A stretch of DNA of 28,385 nt from a virus, in UHGV virus genome UHGV-0037349. One strand, 5' to 3'. Position 1 is the first letter of the stretch, and the number at the start of each line of letters is the position of its first letter. Of the stretch, positions 8,573 through 17,459 are shown in pieces. The notes beneath the pieces are model-generated. The model was not told the DNA's origin, did not search any database, and saw nothing but the letters and a program-made list of their open reading frames with translations. Both the position numbers and the translations under genes were made by a program.

Positions 8573-9085
8573 TCAGTTTGCTCCCTGTAAGCACCAGGCC
8601 ATCTCCCGCGCACGGCGGTTATCCAGCCCCTGATTAAACACACCTTTCACGTAAACCCAGCGCGGCAACTGTCGGCACGCATCCGCCCAGCGCCGCTGAT
8701 TGAGTAATTTCACCAGCGTGGAGCTGCAGGCATTACCTGTCCCCACGTTGAAGGCAAATGACACCACCGCGTCATACACTTTCTGCGGTGGCTGTTGCTT
8801 CACACACCTTTCCAGTGACCGCTCCACACGCAGCACGTTGGAGATAAGCCCTTCTGCTGCCTGTCGTTCCGTAATGGTTTTGCCGGGAATGACGCCAGAT
8901 GTATTACCAATGCCGTCAGTCCATACACCCGCGCTGCACTGATACGGCTGCAGACGACAGCCTTCGTAATCGGCAATCAGTTTCAGCCCCTCCACGGAGG
9001 TGTGAAGCTGCTGAAAACCCGGCAGCGTGGCAGCAATAGCCAGCACGGTCCCGACAAGGCAGCGTTTAACGATTGATGGATTCAT
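8573..9085 (-). CDS. Endolysin, T4/lambda-type lysozyme (GH24-like), probable signal-anchor-release type
   Basis: 170-aa ORF with E-x8-D-x5-T-like catalytic region (ADYEGCRLQPYQCSAGVWTDGIGNT) and a hydrophobic N-terminal segment (CLVGTVLAIAATLPG). Confidence 0.8.
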   Translation of the reverse strand: MNPSIVKRCLVGTVLAIAATLPGFQQLHTSVEGLKLIADYEGCRLQPYQCSAGVWTDGIGNTSGVIPGKTITERQAAEGLISNVLRVERSLERCVKQQPPQKVYDAVVSFAFNVGTGNACSSTLVKLLNQRRWADACRQLPRWVYVKGVFNQGLDNRRAREMAWCLQGAN

Positions 9086-9281
9086 AGTCCTCCCGCGAGA
9101 TCTGCCCGTCGCGCAGAAGCTGGTAGGCTTTGTGTTTGTAGTACCAGTTGATAGCCAGCATCAGCACACCAATCATCAGGCCGCCCAGCGTTGAGGCATC
9201 CTTGATGGACAAATCGCCCAGCCAGGCCAGGACAACGGCGATGCAGTACGTGATAAAGGCGCTGATTCGCTCAAGCGTCAT
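9066..9281 (-). CDS. Holin
   Basis: 71-aa protein with two hydrophobic segments and a charged C-terminus, immediately upstream of the endolysin and overlapping its start. Confidence 0.7.
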   Translation of the reverse strand: MTLERISAFITYCIAVVLAWLGDLSIKDASTLGGLMIGVLMLAINWYYKHKAYQLLRDGQISREDYESINR

Positions 9282-9284
9282 AAT

Positions 9285-9488
9285 TCAGTCCCATAGCTGG
9301 ACGGTCTGCACGGTGGTGGTTGTCGGTATGTCCGGCAGCTCCACCTGCAGCCCGTGAGGTAAAAAGGGGCCGTATTCGGCAAGCCCCGGATTTGCCTTCA
9401 GTACCTGCTCCGTGACACCCTGCGTGCGCCCGTAATGACGCCAGCAAAGCGCGTCCACCGTGTCATACTGATACGCACGCACTTTCAT
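9285..9488 (-). CDS. Tail protein X-like (LysM-like)
   Basis: 67-aa ORF between head completion gene and holin, as in P2 (L-X-Y-K order); size matches P2 gpX. Confidence 0.7.
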   Translation of the reverse strand: MKVRAYQYDTVDALCWRHYGRTQGVTEQVLKANPGLAEYGPFLPHGLQVELPDIPTTTTVQTVQLWD

Positions 9489-10015
9489 CAGATAAGCTCC
9501 ACTGTGCAGTGCGGCGCATCCTGCACCCGGCTGATGGCCCAGCGGGCGTCACGCCACAAATCACCGCTTGCTTCCGCCAGTTCCTCGCCTCGCTTCACAC
9601 CAGACGCTGTGGCGTCATAGTCCTGATAACGCTCGTTGAGCATGGCGCGTGCCCAGCAGTAAACCGCGTTGAAATAGTGCTGAATGCGCTCACTTTTGCC
9701 GTCCAGCTGTTCCGCCGGAACCTCTGCCAGCGAGGCATACCCCAGCATCTGCTGGCGTCTGCGAAACTCATACAGCTCTGCGTTGACCTCCGAAATTGCC
9801 GACAGGGCAACCTGCTTTAAACGCGGCTGCGTCACCGTGCCGTCAGTGCGCATCACGCTGCGAAACTCCGACAGGTCCACATCAGGCCAGAACGGCGTAT
9901 TTCTGATGATTTCCGCCTGTTCCGGTGCCTGTTCTGGCGCAACAAACTTCATGCTGCTTTCTCCTGAAATAGAGGGCGGTGGACGAGGTTTTGATGTGGC
10001 GGTGCCTTTCGCCAC
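9488..10015 (-). CDS. Head completion/stabilisation protein (P2 L-like)
   Basis: 175-aa ORF following the M-like gene; order and size fit P2 gpL. Confidence 0.75.
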   Translation of the reverse strand: MAKGTATSKPRPPPSISGESSMKFVAPEQAPEQAEIIRNTPFWPDVDLSEFRSVMRTDGTVTQPRLKQVALSAISEVNAELYEFRRRQQMLGYASLAEVPAEQLDGKSERIQHYFNAVYCWARAMLNERYQDYDATASGVKRGEELAEASGDLWRDARWAISRVQDAPHCTVELI

Positions 10016-10047
10016 CCCGTGCCGCCCGTGCGCGGGGGCACGTTCTG

Positions 10048-10698
10048 TCAGCGACTGTCATTGCGCAATCTGCGCTCCAGCTGCTGTTTGTCTTTTTTCA
10101 CGCCACAGCGGGGATCGAGCTGTAACGCATGGTTGAGATGATTAAGGGCGGAAGCCGGATTACTTTCACTCAGGACAGTGCCAATCGCTTTATGCAGACG
10201 CGCCCGTGACTGGTCCGGCATATCCAGACCGTCTGTCAGCTCCAGCGTCTGCAGCAACAGATCGGCATCAAAGCCGGTAGTGGCAAGCATTGCGCTCTGC
10301 GCAGCGTCTGCCATTTCCTCTGCCAGCACGGTCTGCACGTTGCGGTTACCCAGCGGCATCACCCAGCCATGACGCAGGGCATGACGCCCGATCTCCAGCG
10401 CCCCGGCATAATCTCCGGCATCAATGCGCCACAGCATCACGTACATCAGCACGTCATCCTGTTGAGCGCCTCCGGCAGCCAGTACACCCTCAGCCCAGGC
10501 GGCGTACTTCGGCAGCAGCTCCACCTTGATTTCCGCTTTTTTGACCGTGGACTGAACGCCCTTGAGACGGCGGCGGTCTTCCGCCAGTTGCAGCAGCATC
10601 AGGTCATAGCCCGACGCGTGGCGAACGCTGCCGCCCTCGCGGGCGGCCTGTTCAGCCTGAACGCGCAGGCGATGCTGCCGTGCGGGACTCAGGCTCAT
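10048..10698 (-). CDS. Terminase endonuclease (small) subunit (P2 M-like)
   Basis: 216-aa ORF directly downstream of the capsid gene; gene order O-N-M-L is conserved. Confidence 0.75.
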   Translation of the reverse strand: MSLSPARQHRLRVQAEQAAREGGSVRHASGYDLMLLQLAEDRRRLKGVQSTVKKAEIKVELLPKYAAWAEGVLAAGGAQQDDVLMYVMLWRIDAGDYAGALEIGRHALRHGWVMPLGNRNVQTVLAEEMADAAQSAMLATTGFDADLLLQTLELTDGLDMPDQSRARLHKAIGTVLSESNPASALNHLNHALQLDPRCGVKKDKQQLERRLRNDSR

Positions 10699-10701
10699 GG
10701 A

Positions 10702-11760
10702 TTACGCTCCGGTTTCTACTGCGACGGCGCTGAAGTCGCCAATCTGGATGTTTTCCACCAGTGCTGCGCAGCGGTAGTCCTCAACCACATAGGCTTCGTT
10801 AACGGATTCAAAGTTTTCAATCCGGTCACGTTTCGGGTTGTCGATAACTGAACGGCGGCGGGTGTCTTCCTGCCAGTAGATGGACAGGTTATCCAGACGG
10901 GTGATCAGCAGCGCATTCGGCGGGAAAAACGGCGCACGCACGGCCTGCAGGCCCCCCATGCGCTTCTGACTGATGATCATATCGGCAGCCAGTTTTTCAC
11001 TGTTTTCCTGCTCTTTGTTGACCAGCGGGAAATACTTGTCAGACAGCAGTTCACGGCCGCAAATCACCACCAGATCGTCATCGTCCTGGTAGACCACGTC
11101 GATAAGCTCATTGACGGCATCCATCACCACGGCGTCCAGGTTGGCATATTCGCCACCTTTCCCGACTTTCAGCGCGCCCGGTGTGGTTTCACCGCCCGTG
11201 GTGGTGCTGCCCATGACATGATCCGGTGCATCCTCACGGATTTTCTGCAGCCAGCCTTTGTTCACATCCTGCAGCAGCGGGTTTTCGCTACGGTTGGAGG
11301 TTTTCGCACGCTTCACGCCGTTAAAGCCGATCATGATGCGGTCCAGTGCCTGACGTTTCACGATGGCGTCACGGATACGCACCTGGAAATCCTGAAACTT
11401 CGCCCACAGGTCCAGCTTCGCGTAGGTCAGTACCGTGTCAAAGTTGGTCTGCTCGCATTTGTATTCCACATCGACCATCAGCGTAGGATCGACAGGTTCA
11501 CGCTCTTTCGCGGTGGTGTCAGTGGTTCCGGCAATGGTGCTACCAACACCCAACCCCAGCAGCTGACCGGACTGCTCAGTCACTGGCGTGACGTTAATCA
11601 GCGTCAGGAAAGCGGCGGACTGCTGGATCTGGTCTTCCAATGTCTGCTGCACGGACGGCTCTACGGTGAACTTGCTGGACAGTTCTTCAACTGCCACACC
11701 GTTCAGACGCGCCAGTTGCTGCAGGTAAGCGTTAAAAGCAAAGCGGGTATTCTTCTTCAT
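10702..11760 (-). CDS. Major capsid protein (P2 N-like)
   Basis: 352-aa ORF (P2 gpN is about 357 aa as recalled), preceded by the scaffold gene; typical composition and position. Confidence 0.9.
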   Translation of the reverse strand: MKKNTRFAFNAYLQQLARLNGVAVEELSSKFTVEPSVQQTLEDQIQQSAAFLTLINVTPVTEQSGQLLGLGVGSTIAGTTDTTAKEREPVDPTLMVDVEYKCEQTNFDTVLTYAKLDLWAKFQDFQVRIRDAIVKRQALDRIMIGFNGVKRAKTSNRSENPLLQDVNKGWLQKIREDAPDHVMGSTTTGGETTPGALKVGKGGEYANLDAVVMDAVNELIDVVYQDDDDLVVICGRELLSDKYFPLVNKEQENSEKLAADMIISQKRMGGLQAVRAPFFPPNALLITRLDNLSIYWQEDTRRRSVIDNPKRDRIENFESVNEAYVVEDYRCAALVENIQIGDFSAVAVETGA

Positions 11761-11776
11761 CAGGTTTTGTGCTCCA

Positions 11777-12610
11777 TCAGCAATTGGTCAGAGTGTCAGC
11801 GGGGGCGTTACCGCCTGTTGCACGCTGGCGGTAGTCCTGGCGGCTGTCTTCATGACTCAGCTTGTCCACCAGTTCGTTAAAGGCGGTCTGCTGTGCCTGC
11901 AGGGCAGTCTCCAGCTCAGACAGACGTTCTTCCTGCTCAGACAGGGATTTTTCGGTGCGCGCACTCAGGTTCTGCTGCTCAATGGCGACCAGTTCCACGG
12001 CCTTATGCACATCAGAGAACCGGGCGTCATCGGACTGCTCTTTTTTGGTGAACAGCGCCGTGACACGGGCAAACAGGGACGGTTTGTCATCCTGGATTTC
12101 TTCCAGTTCGATCACCGTTTCCTCTGCAGCGGTAAAAAGATTGGCGGGATTCTGCTTGCGGTTTGCCAGCGGGTTATGGGCTGCACTGGCGCTGAATGTC
12201 AGCATTTCAGTGCCCAGACTGGCAGGGTCATCAGTGGCAGCCAGGCCGACCAGGTAGGCTTTGCCCGTATCAGCGAACTTCGGGCTGACTTCCATAGAGG
12301 TGAATAATTTCTGGCCTTTTTTCACCAGTTCCACCAGGGACTCCGTTGGCTCAACGTCGGCATACAGCGCCATCTTGCCTGCCAGCGGACCTTCCGTGAT
12401 TTCTTCAGCAAACAGCGCCGTCACCTTGCCGTAGCGGTTAAAGGTGCTGTCCGGCAGATAAGACTTGATGTGCTCAAGGTTAATCAGCGCGGTATACACC
12501 GCCGGGTTGTAGCTGGCTGCCATCTGTTCCAGCCATTCACGCTGGATTTCGCGTCCGTCGGTGGTGGCACCTTCCACCCCGATGCGAAAACGCTTTGCTT
12601 TCACTGTCAT
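11777..12610 (-). CDS. Capsid scaffolding protein (P2 O-like)
   Basis: 277-aa ORF, first gene of the O-N-M-L operon, divergent from the terminase gene. Confidence 0.85.
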   Translation of the reverse strand: MTVKAKRFRIGVEGATTDGREIQREWLEQMAASYNPAVYTALINLEHIKSYLPDSTFNRYGKVTALFAEEITEGPLAGKMALYADVEPTESLVELVKKGQKLFTSMEVSPKFADTGKAYLVGLAATDDPASLGTEMLTFSASAAHNPLANRKQNPANLFTAAEETVIELEEIQDDKPSLFARVTALFTKKEQSDDARFSDVHKAVELVAIEQQNLSARTEKSLSEQEERLSELETALQAQQTAFNELVDKLSHEDSRQDYRQRATGGNAPADTLTNC

Positions 12611-12688
12611 GAGCCGTGCTCCGTTAGAAAAAACTTACTGGAGCCTTATGGTTGCGGTGATGGGGGCAGTGAAACAATGCGCGGTATT

Positions 12689-12706
12689 TGTACCGACAAC
12701 CACACA
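12689..12706. promoter_or_regulatory. TGT-N12-ACA element in the divergent O/P intergenic region (possible Ogr-type late promoter site)
   Basis: TGTaccgacaaccacACA lies in the 142-bp O/P intergenic region, ~85 bp upstream of the O start. The motif is short and expected by chance several times per window. Confidence 0.25.
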
Positions 12707-12752
12707 AACCGCAGGCGGGGAAAGCCTTCATTCAAGGCTGTAGGTTTGTGCC

Positions 12753-14519
12753 ATGAACACCACACTGACACCCGCAGATCTCGATCCCCGTCGGCAGGCC
12801 ATGCTGCTGTACTTTCAGGGATACCGCGTAGCCCGCATTGCTGAAATGCTGGGCGAGAAAGTTGCAACCGTTCACAGCTGGAAAAAACGCGACAAGTGGG
12901 GTGACTATGGGCCGCTGGATCAGATGCAGCTCACCACCGCCGCACGCTACTGCCAGCTCATTATGAAGGAGCACAAAGAAGGGAAAGATTTCAAAGAGAT
13001 TGACCTGCTGGCGCGCCAGTCTGAGCGCCACGCGCGGATCGGCAAGTTTAACAATGGCGGCAACGAAGCCGACTTAAATCCTAACGTCGCCAACCGCAAC
13101 AAAGGCCCGCGCCGTCAGCCGGAAAAGAACGTTTTCACCGATGAACAGATTGAGAAGCTGGAAGAAATCTTCCATTCCTCCATGTTCAACTACCAGCGCC
13201 ACTGGTGGGAAGCCGGAAAAACCAACCGCATCCGCAACCTGCTGAAGTCACGCCAGATCGGCGCGACCTTTTACTTTGCCCGTGAAGCCCTGATTGACGC
13301 CCTGCTTACCGGGCGTAACCAGATTTTTCTTTCCGCCAGTAAGGCACAGGCCCACGTCTTTAAGCAGTACATCATCGACTTCGCCAAAGAAGTGGAGGTG
13401 GAGCTGAAAGGCGATCCGATGGTGCTTCCTAACGGGGCCACGCTTTACTTCCTCGGCACCAATGCCCGCACGGCCCAGAGTTATCACGGCAACCTGTATC
13501 TGGATGAATATTTCTGGATACCGAAATTTCAGGAGCTACGCAAAGTGGCTTCCGGTATGGCTATTCACAAGAAATGGCGGCAGACCTATTTTTCCACACC
13601 ATCCAGTCTGACCCACAGTGCTTATCCGTTCTGGTCCGGTGCGCTGTTCAACCGTGGGCGCAACAAAGCTGACAAGGTGGACATCGACCTGTCCCACAGC
13701 AATCTGGCCCCCGGCCTGCTGTGCGCAGACGGGCAATACCGTCAGATAGTCACCGTGGAAGATGCGGTGCGCGGCGGCTGTAACCTGTTCGACCTCGACC
13801 AGTTGCGCATGGAGTACAGCCCGGACGAATACCAGAACCTGCTGATGTGTGAGTTCGTGGACGATCTCGCGTCCGTGTTCCCGCTCAGCGAGCTGCAGGC
13901 GTGCATGGTGGACAGCTGGGAAGTCTGGACCGACTTTCATGCACTGGCGCTGCGCCCGTTTGGCTGGCGCGAAGTGTGGATCGGTTATGACCCGGCAAAA
14001 GGTACGCAGAACGGCGACAGTGCCGGATGCGTGGTGGTGGCTCCGCCAGCCGTGCCGGGTGGTAAGTTCCGCATTCTTGAGCGTCACCAGTGGCGCGGGA
14101 TGGACTTCCGCGCCCAGGCTGACGCCATCAAAAAACTCACCGAACAGTACAACGTTACGTATATCGGTATCGACTCGACCGGCGTTGGTCACGGGGTTTA
14201 TGAGAACGTGAAAGCGTTCTTTCCTGCCGTCCGGGAGTTTGTCTATAACCCCAATGTTAAAAATGCCCTGGTACTCAAGGCCTACGACATTATCAGCCAC
14301 CGCCGTCTGGAGTTTGACGCCGGACACACCGACATTGCGCAGTCATTCATGGCAATCCGTCGCGCAACCACCGCCAGCGGCAACCGCCCGACCTATGAAG
14401 CCAGCCGCAGCGAAGAAGCCAGCCACGCCGATCTGGCCTGGGCAACAATGCACGCACTGTTTAACGAACCGCTGCAGGGCGAATCCGCCAATACCAGCAA
14501 TATTGTGGAGATTTTTTGA
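12753..14519 (+). CDS. Terminase large (ATPase) subunit (P2 P-like)
   Basis: 588-aa ORF divergent from the capsid operon; N-terminus with LLYFQGYRVARIAEMLG is characteristic of P2-family gpP as I recall it. Confidence 0.9.
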   Translation: MNTTLTPADLDPRRQAMLLYFQGYRVARIAEMLGEKVATVHSWKKRDKWGDYGPLDQMQLTTAARYCQLIMKEHKEGKDFKEIDLLARQSERHARIGKFNNGGNEADLNPNVANRNKGPRRQPEKNVFTDEQIEKLEEIFHSSMFNYQRHWWEAGKTNRIRNLLKSRQIGATFYFAREALIDALLTGRNQIFLSASKAQAHVFKQYIIDFAKEVEVELKGDPMVLPNGATLYFLGTNARTAQSYHGNLYLDEYFWIPKFQELRKVASGMAIHKKWRQTYFSTPSSLTHSAYPFWSGALFNRGRNKADKVDIDLSHSNLAPGLLCADGQYRQIVTVEDAVRGGCNLFDLDQLRMEYSPDEYQNLLMCEFVDDLASVFPLSELQACMVDSWEVWTDFHALALRPFGWREVWIGYDPAKGTQNGDSAGCVVVAPPAVPGGKFRILERHQWRGMDFRAQADAIKKLTEQYNVTYIGIDSTGVGHGVYENVKAFFPAVREFVYNPNVKNALVLKAYDIISHRRLEFDAGHTDIAQSFMAIRRATTASGNRPTYEASRSEEASHADLAWATMHALFNEPLQGESANTSNIVEIF

Positions 14520-15547
14520 TGGGAAAGAGTAAGAAGAACCGCGCTGCGGCGACGAAACAGATCCAGCTTAAAAGCCAGACTACAGCCGAAGCATTCAGCT
14601 TCGGCGATCCCGTTCCTGTTCTGGACCGCCGCGAACTGCTGGACTATGTGGAATGCGTACAGACAGATCGCTGGTATGAGCCACCAGTAAGCTTTGACGG
14701 ACTGGCGCGCACCTTCCGCGCTGCCGTGCATCACAGTTCACCAATTGCGGTGAAATGCAACATTCTGACCAGTACCTACATCCCTCACCCGCTGCTCAGC
14801 CAGCAGGCTTTTTCACGTTTTGTGCAGGACTATCTGGTTTTTGGTAACGCCTACCTGGAAAAACGCACGAACCGCTTCGGAGAGGTCATCGCTCTTGAGC
14901 CTGCGCTGGCAAAATACACCCGACGCGGATTAGACCTGGATACCTACTGGTTTGTGCAATACGGCATGACTACGCAGCCGTATCAGTTCACGAAAGGCAG
15001 CATTTTTCATCTGATGGAACCGGACATCAACCAGGAGATCTACGGCCTGCCCGGTTATCTTTCTGCCATTCCGTCAGCCCTGCTCAACGAGTCCGCCACG
15101 CTGTTCCGTCGAAAGTATTACATTAACGGCAGTCATGCAGGCTTCATCATGTATATGACCGATGCCGCGCAGAACCAGGAGGATGTGAACAACCTCCGCA
15201 ATGCGATGAAAAGCGCCAAAGGCCCTGGCAACTTCCGCAATCTGTTTATGTACTCGCCTAACGGCAAAAAGGACGGACTTCAGATTATCCCGTTGTCAGA
15301 AGTCGCAGCGAAGGATGAGTTTCTGAATATCAAGAACGTGAGCCGTGATGACATGATGGCTGCGCACCGCGTGCCGCCGCAAATGATGGGGATAATGCCT
15401 AATAATGTTGGGGGGTTTGGGGATGTGGAGAAGGCAAGCCTTGTTTTTGTGAGGAATGAGTTAATACCATTACAGAGAAGACTAGAAGAGTTAAATAACT
15501 GGATAGGAGATAAAATCATATCCTTTGGAATATACACATTAAATTAA
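14516..15547 (+). CDS. Portal protein (P2 Q-like), with AT-rich, possibly replaced C-terminal tail
   Basis: 343-aa ORF overlapping the P stop by 4 bp. The last ~40 codons are strikingly AT-rich compared with the rest of the gene. Confidence 0.85.
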   Translation: MMGKSKKNRAAATKQIQLKSQTTAEAFSFGDPVPVLDRRELLDYVECVQTDRWYEPPVSFDGLARTFRAAVHHSSPIAVKCNILTSTYIPHPLLSQQAFSRFVQDYLVFGNAYLEKRTNRFGEVIALEPALAKYTRRGLDLDTYWFVQYGMTTQPYQFTKGSIFHLMEPDINQEIYGLPGYLSAIPSALLNESATLFRRKYYINGSHAGFIMYMTDAAQNQEDVNNLRNAMKSAKGPGNFRNLFMYSPNGKKDGLQIIPLSEVAAKDEFLNIKNVSRDDMMAAHRVPPQMMGIMPNNVGGFGDVEKASLVFVRNELIPLQRRLEELNNWIGDKIISFGIYTLN

Positions 15548-15575
15548 ATGAGTAAGGGCTAGGCCCTTACTCATT
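15547..15575. terminator. Perfect 13-bp inverted repeat between convergent portal and RT genes (probable bidirectional terminator or junction palindrome)
   Basis: aATGAGTAAGGGC-tag-GCCCTTACTCATt overlaps the stop codons of both Q (plus) and the RT (minus). Flanking sequence is AT-rich but has no clean U-tract. Confidence 0.4.
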
Positions 15576-16544
15576 CAATCTATCAATATATTCACTATAG
15601 TTAACATGCCCCTTAATTTTATCAAAATCCTTCTCAACTATTTTCCCAGTCCTCAATAAATGTTTATATGCTCTAATTTTATTTCGATAGCCTTTAGTCA
15701 ATCTAGGTTTATTTTCATGAACTAGAAAACCATGTACTTTTAATCTATTAGGAATCCTAGCTATTCTGAGTTTTTCCTCAGCCACAACCCAATTATCAGA
15801 TAGTAACAACTCTACAACATTATCTTTAAGTTCCTCGATATCAAATGTTTCATCATCACCGGAGAAGGTCAAATCATCAGCATATCTAGTATATTTAATA
15901 CCCGTATTAGAAATCAACTCATTAATCTTTAAGTCAGTTGACCTAAATACTAAATTTGAGATAACAGGGCTACTTGGCGCACCTTGCGGAAGTCTCTGAT
16001 TAAAGGTAAGTAATTCACTCAATTTAGCAGCCTGATCGGCTCTATATCCTATTTCAACTAATGTTGAAATCACTATATCTGAAGTGATCGTATGGAAAAA
16101 ATCTCTTAAATCAATAGACAGGATCCATTTTGCACCACAATGTTTACTTGCAGCTTCATATATCCCATTCTTACCTGGGATAAAAGCATATGCATTTTCA
16201 CTTATGCCAAGACTATGATTAATGCTTAAATGATGAGCGACCCAAGACTGAATGATTTTTATACTAACCTTGGGTGCTTCAATAATTCTTTTTTTCTTTC
16301 CTCTTCCTTTGGAAATAGAAAAAACACGATAGTATTTTGACTTATTCTTAATTAACGAAGTAATAAATTGTGGGCTTACACCAATGGCAACAGACAAGAT
16401 ACTCCAAGAAACTAATGGGGGAAGCCTGAGGCCTTGTAGTCGAATAAGTTCCGCATAATATCTATCTCTCAGCGGTGTGCTCAACGCCTTAAGAAACTGT
16501 TCGGCATCAGTGAATGTGAAAAATAAGGGTAGTGGCGTTTTCAT
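15567..16544 (-). CDS. Retron-type reverse transcriptase
   Basis: 325-aa ORF with RT motifs: FIPGKNGIYEAASKHCGAKWILSIDLRDFF (retron-like F-x-G ... H ... DIxxFF block), LPQGAPSSPVISNLV, YTRYADDLTFS (YADD catalytic box), and a downstream VHGFLV segment resembling the retron VTG region. Size fits retron RTs (about 300-330 aa) and is too small for the Abi-type RTs I recall. Confidence 0.8.
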   Translation of the reverse strand: MKTPLPLFFTFTDAEQFLKALSTPLRDRYYAELIRLQGLRLPPLVSWSILSVAIGVSPQFITSLIKNKSKYYRVFSISKGRGKKKRIIEAPKVSIKIIQSWVAHHLSINHSLGISENAYAFIPGKNGIYEAASKHCGAKWILSIDLRDFFHTITSDIVISTLVEIGYRADQAAKLSELLTFNQRLPQGAPSSPVISNLVFRSTDLKINELISNTGIKYTRYADDLTFSGDDETFDIEELKDNVVELLLSDNWVVAEEKLRIARIPNRLKVHGFLVHENKPRLTKGYRNKIRAYKHLLRTGKIVEKDFDKIKGHVNYSEYIDRLNE

Positions 16545-16715
16545 AAGGTCAATCCTTAAGCAAAGCTGATGAAAACTTTCGTTGATGACGCCTGCGAATC
16601 AGCAGACGTTTCGAAGGAACGACTGCTGATTCGCAGGCGCACATTCTGTCCGCGACCTTCACAAATGAGCATGATGCATACTCTCGTGAACGCCACTACC
16701 AACGTGAATATACCA
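16545..16715 (-). ncRNA. Candidate retron msr-msd non-coding RNA (intergenic region with long perfect hairpin)
   Basis: 171-bp gap between the upstream ORF and the RT. It contains a 17-bp perfect inverted repeat (CGCCTGCGAATCAGCAG / CTGCTGATTCGCAGGCG, 16589-16605 and 16623-16639) with a 17-nt loop and no U-tract behind it. Exact RNA ends and the a1/a2 repeats were not resolved by eye. Confidence 0.4.
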
Positions 16716-17459
16716 CTATAGATGTTTGCGTGCAAGATAAAGGACCCTCTCTATATCAGAACTTTGCCTAGATTTAGTCACTGGAACTATTTCTAACCCT
16801 GACAATGTCATTCTATAAGTTCCGTCATGGCTTCTTAATAAAAATCCTTTCTTACGTAAGTTGTCTAGCTTCCCATTCAGCCAATCAAGTGATTCAATAT
16901 GATAATCGCCATTATCAAGTTGACTGAACAATCTTGGAAGATCAAAGGGCTGACATTTTTTTGCCGCTCTTAAAATAACCATCATTGTAGGTTCAGGATT
17001 GTTTTTAGCCTCATATACAAATGAAGTCACTTTTATATTAAAACCGTTTAATATCCCTACAACTAACGACTCCCACTTCTCGCGTTCTGATAATGTAAGG
17101 TTTTTACAAAAGACATAAAGCACTGCGTTTTGCGAATCAAAGAAAGATAAATTCAAATCAGATATCTTCCCTTTTTTAAAATTACTTCTCGCTAATGCCA
17201 CTAAAGCCGCTTCAATATTGTCTTTATCTGAAAATGGTGAGTAACTAATCAACACTCTTACATTTAGCTTTTCTGTTATTCGTTTCACCAATAAAGATAT
17301 CTGGCGTTTTGTTATACTATTCGAAGCAGACAATGGCACTATTTTGTTAATTGGGATGATCAACAGAATTGTATCCATAAAATCTGTTACATCTTTAACT
17401 TTTATGAACGGGAATTTTACCAACAATTCTGATAATATTTTCTGGTTAGACAAAGCCAA
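16716..17459 (-). CDS. Hypothetical protein, retron-associated (candidate effector/accessory protein)
   Basis: 247-aa ORF co-oriented with the RT, AT-rich, and overlapping the upstream ORF by 14 bp. No catalytic motif recognised; the C-terminal segment (LRKKGFLLRSHDGTYRMTLSGLEIV) could be a winged-helix-like region, which is speculative. Confidence 0.55.
   Translation of the reverse strand: MALSNQKILSELLVKFPFIKVKDVTDFMDTILLIIPINKIVPLSASNSITKRQISLLVKRITEKLNVRVLISYSPFSDKDNIEAALVALARSNFKKGKISDLNLSFFDSQNAVLYVFCKNLTLSEREKWESLVVGILNGFNIKVTSFVYEAKNNPEPTMMVILRAAKKCQPFDLPRLFSQLDNGDYHIESLDWLNGKLDNLRKKGFLLRSHDGTYRMTLSGLEIVPVTKSRQSSDIERVLYLARKHL

Noticed and set aside
15567-16544. Considered whether the RT belongs to a diversity-generating retroelement targeting the tail fibre
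   Set aside because: The RT is about 12 kb from the tail fibre gene and across the head genes, I saw no template/variable repeat pair near the tail fibre C-terminus, and the RT motifs and size look retron-like.
15567-16544. Considered an Abi-type (AbiA/AbiK/Abi-P2-like) reverse transcriptase, which has been reported in P2-like prophages
   Set aside because: Those RTs are substantially larger (roughly 500-600 aa as recalled) with a long C-terminal extension. This ORF is 325 aa and has retron-like motif blocks and an msd-like hairpin just upstream. Not excluded without a profile search.
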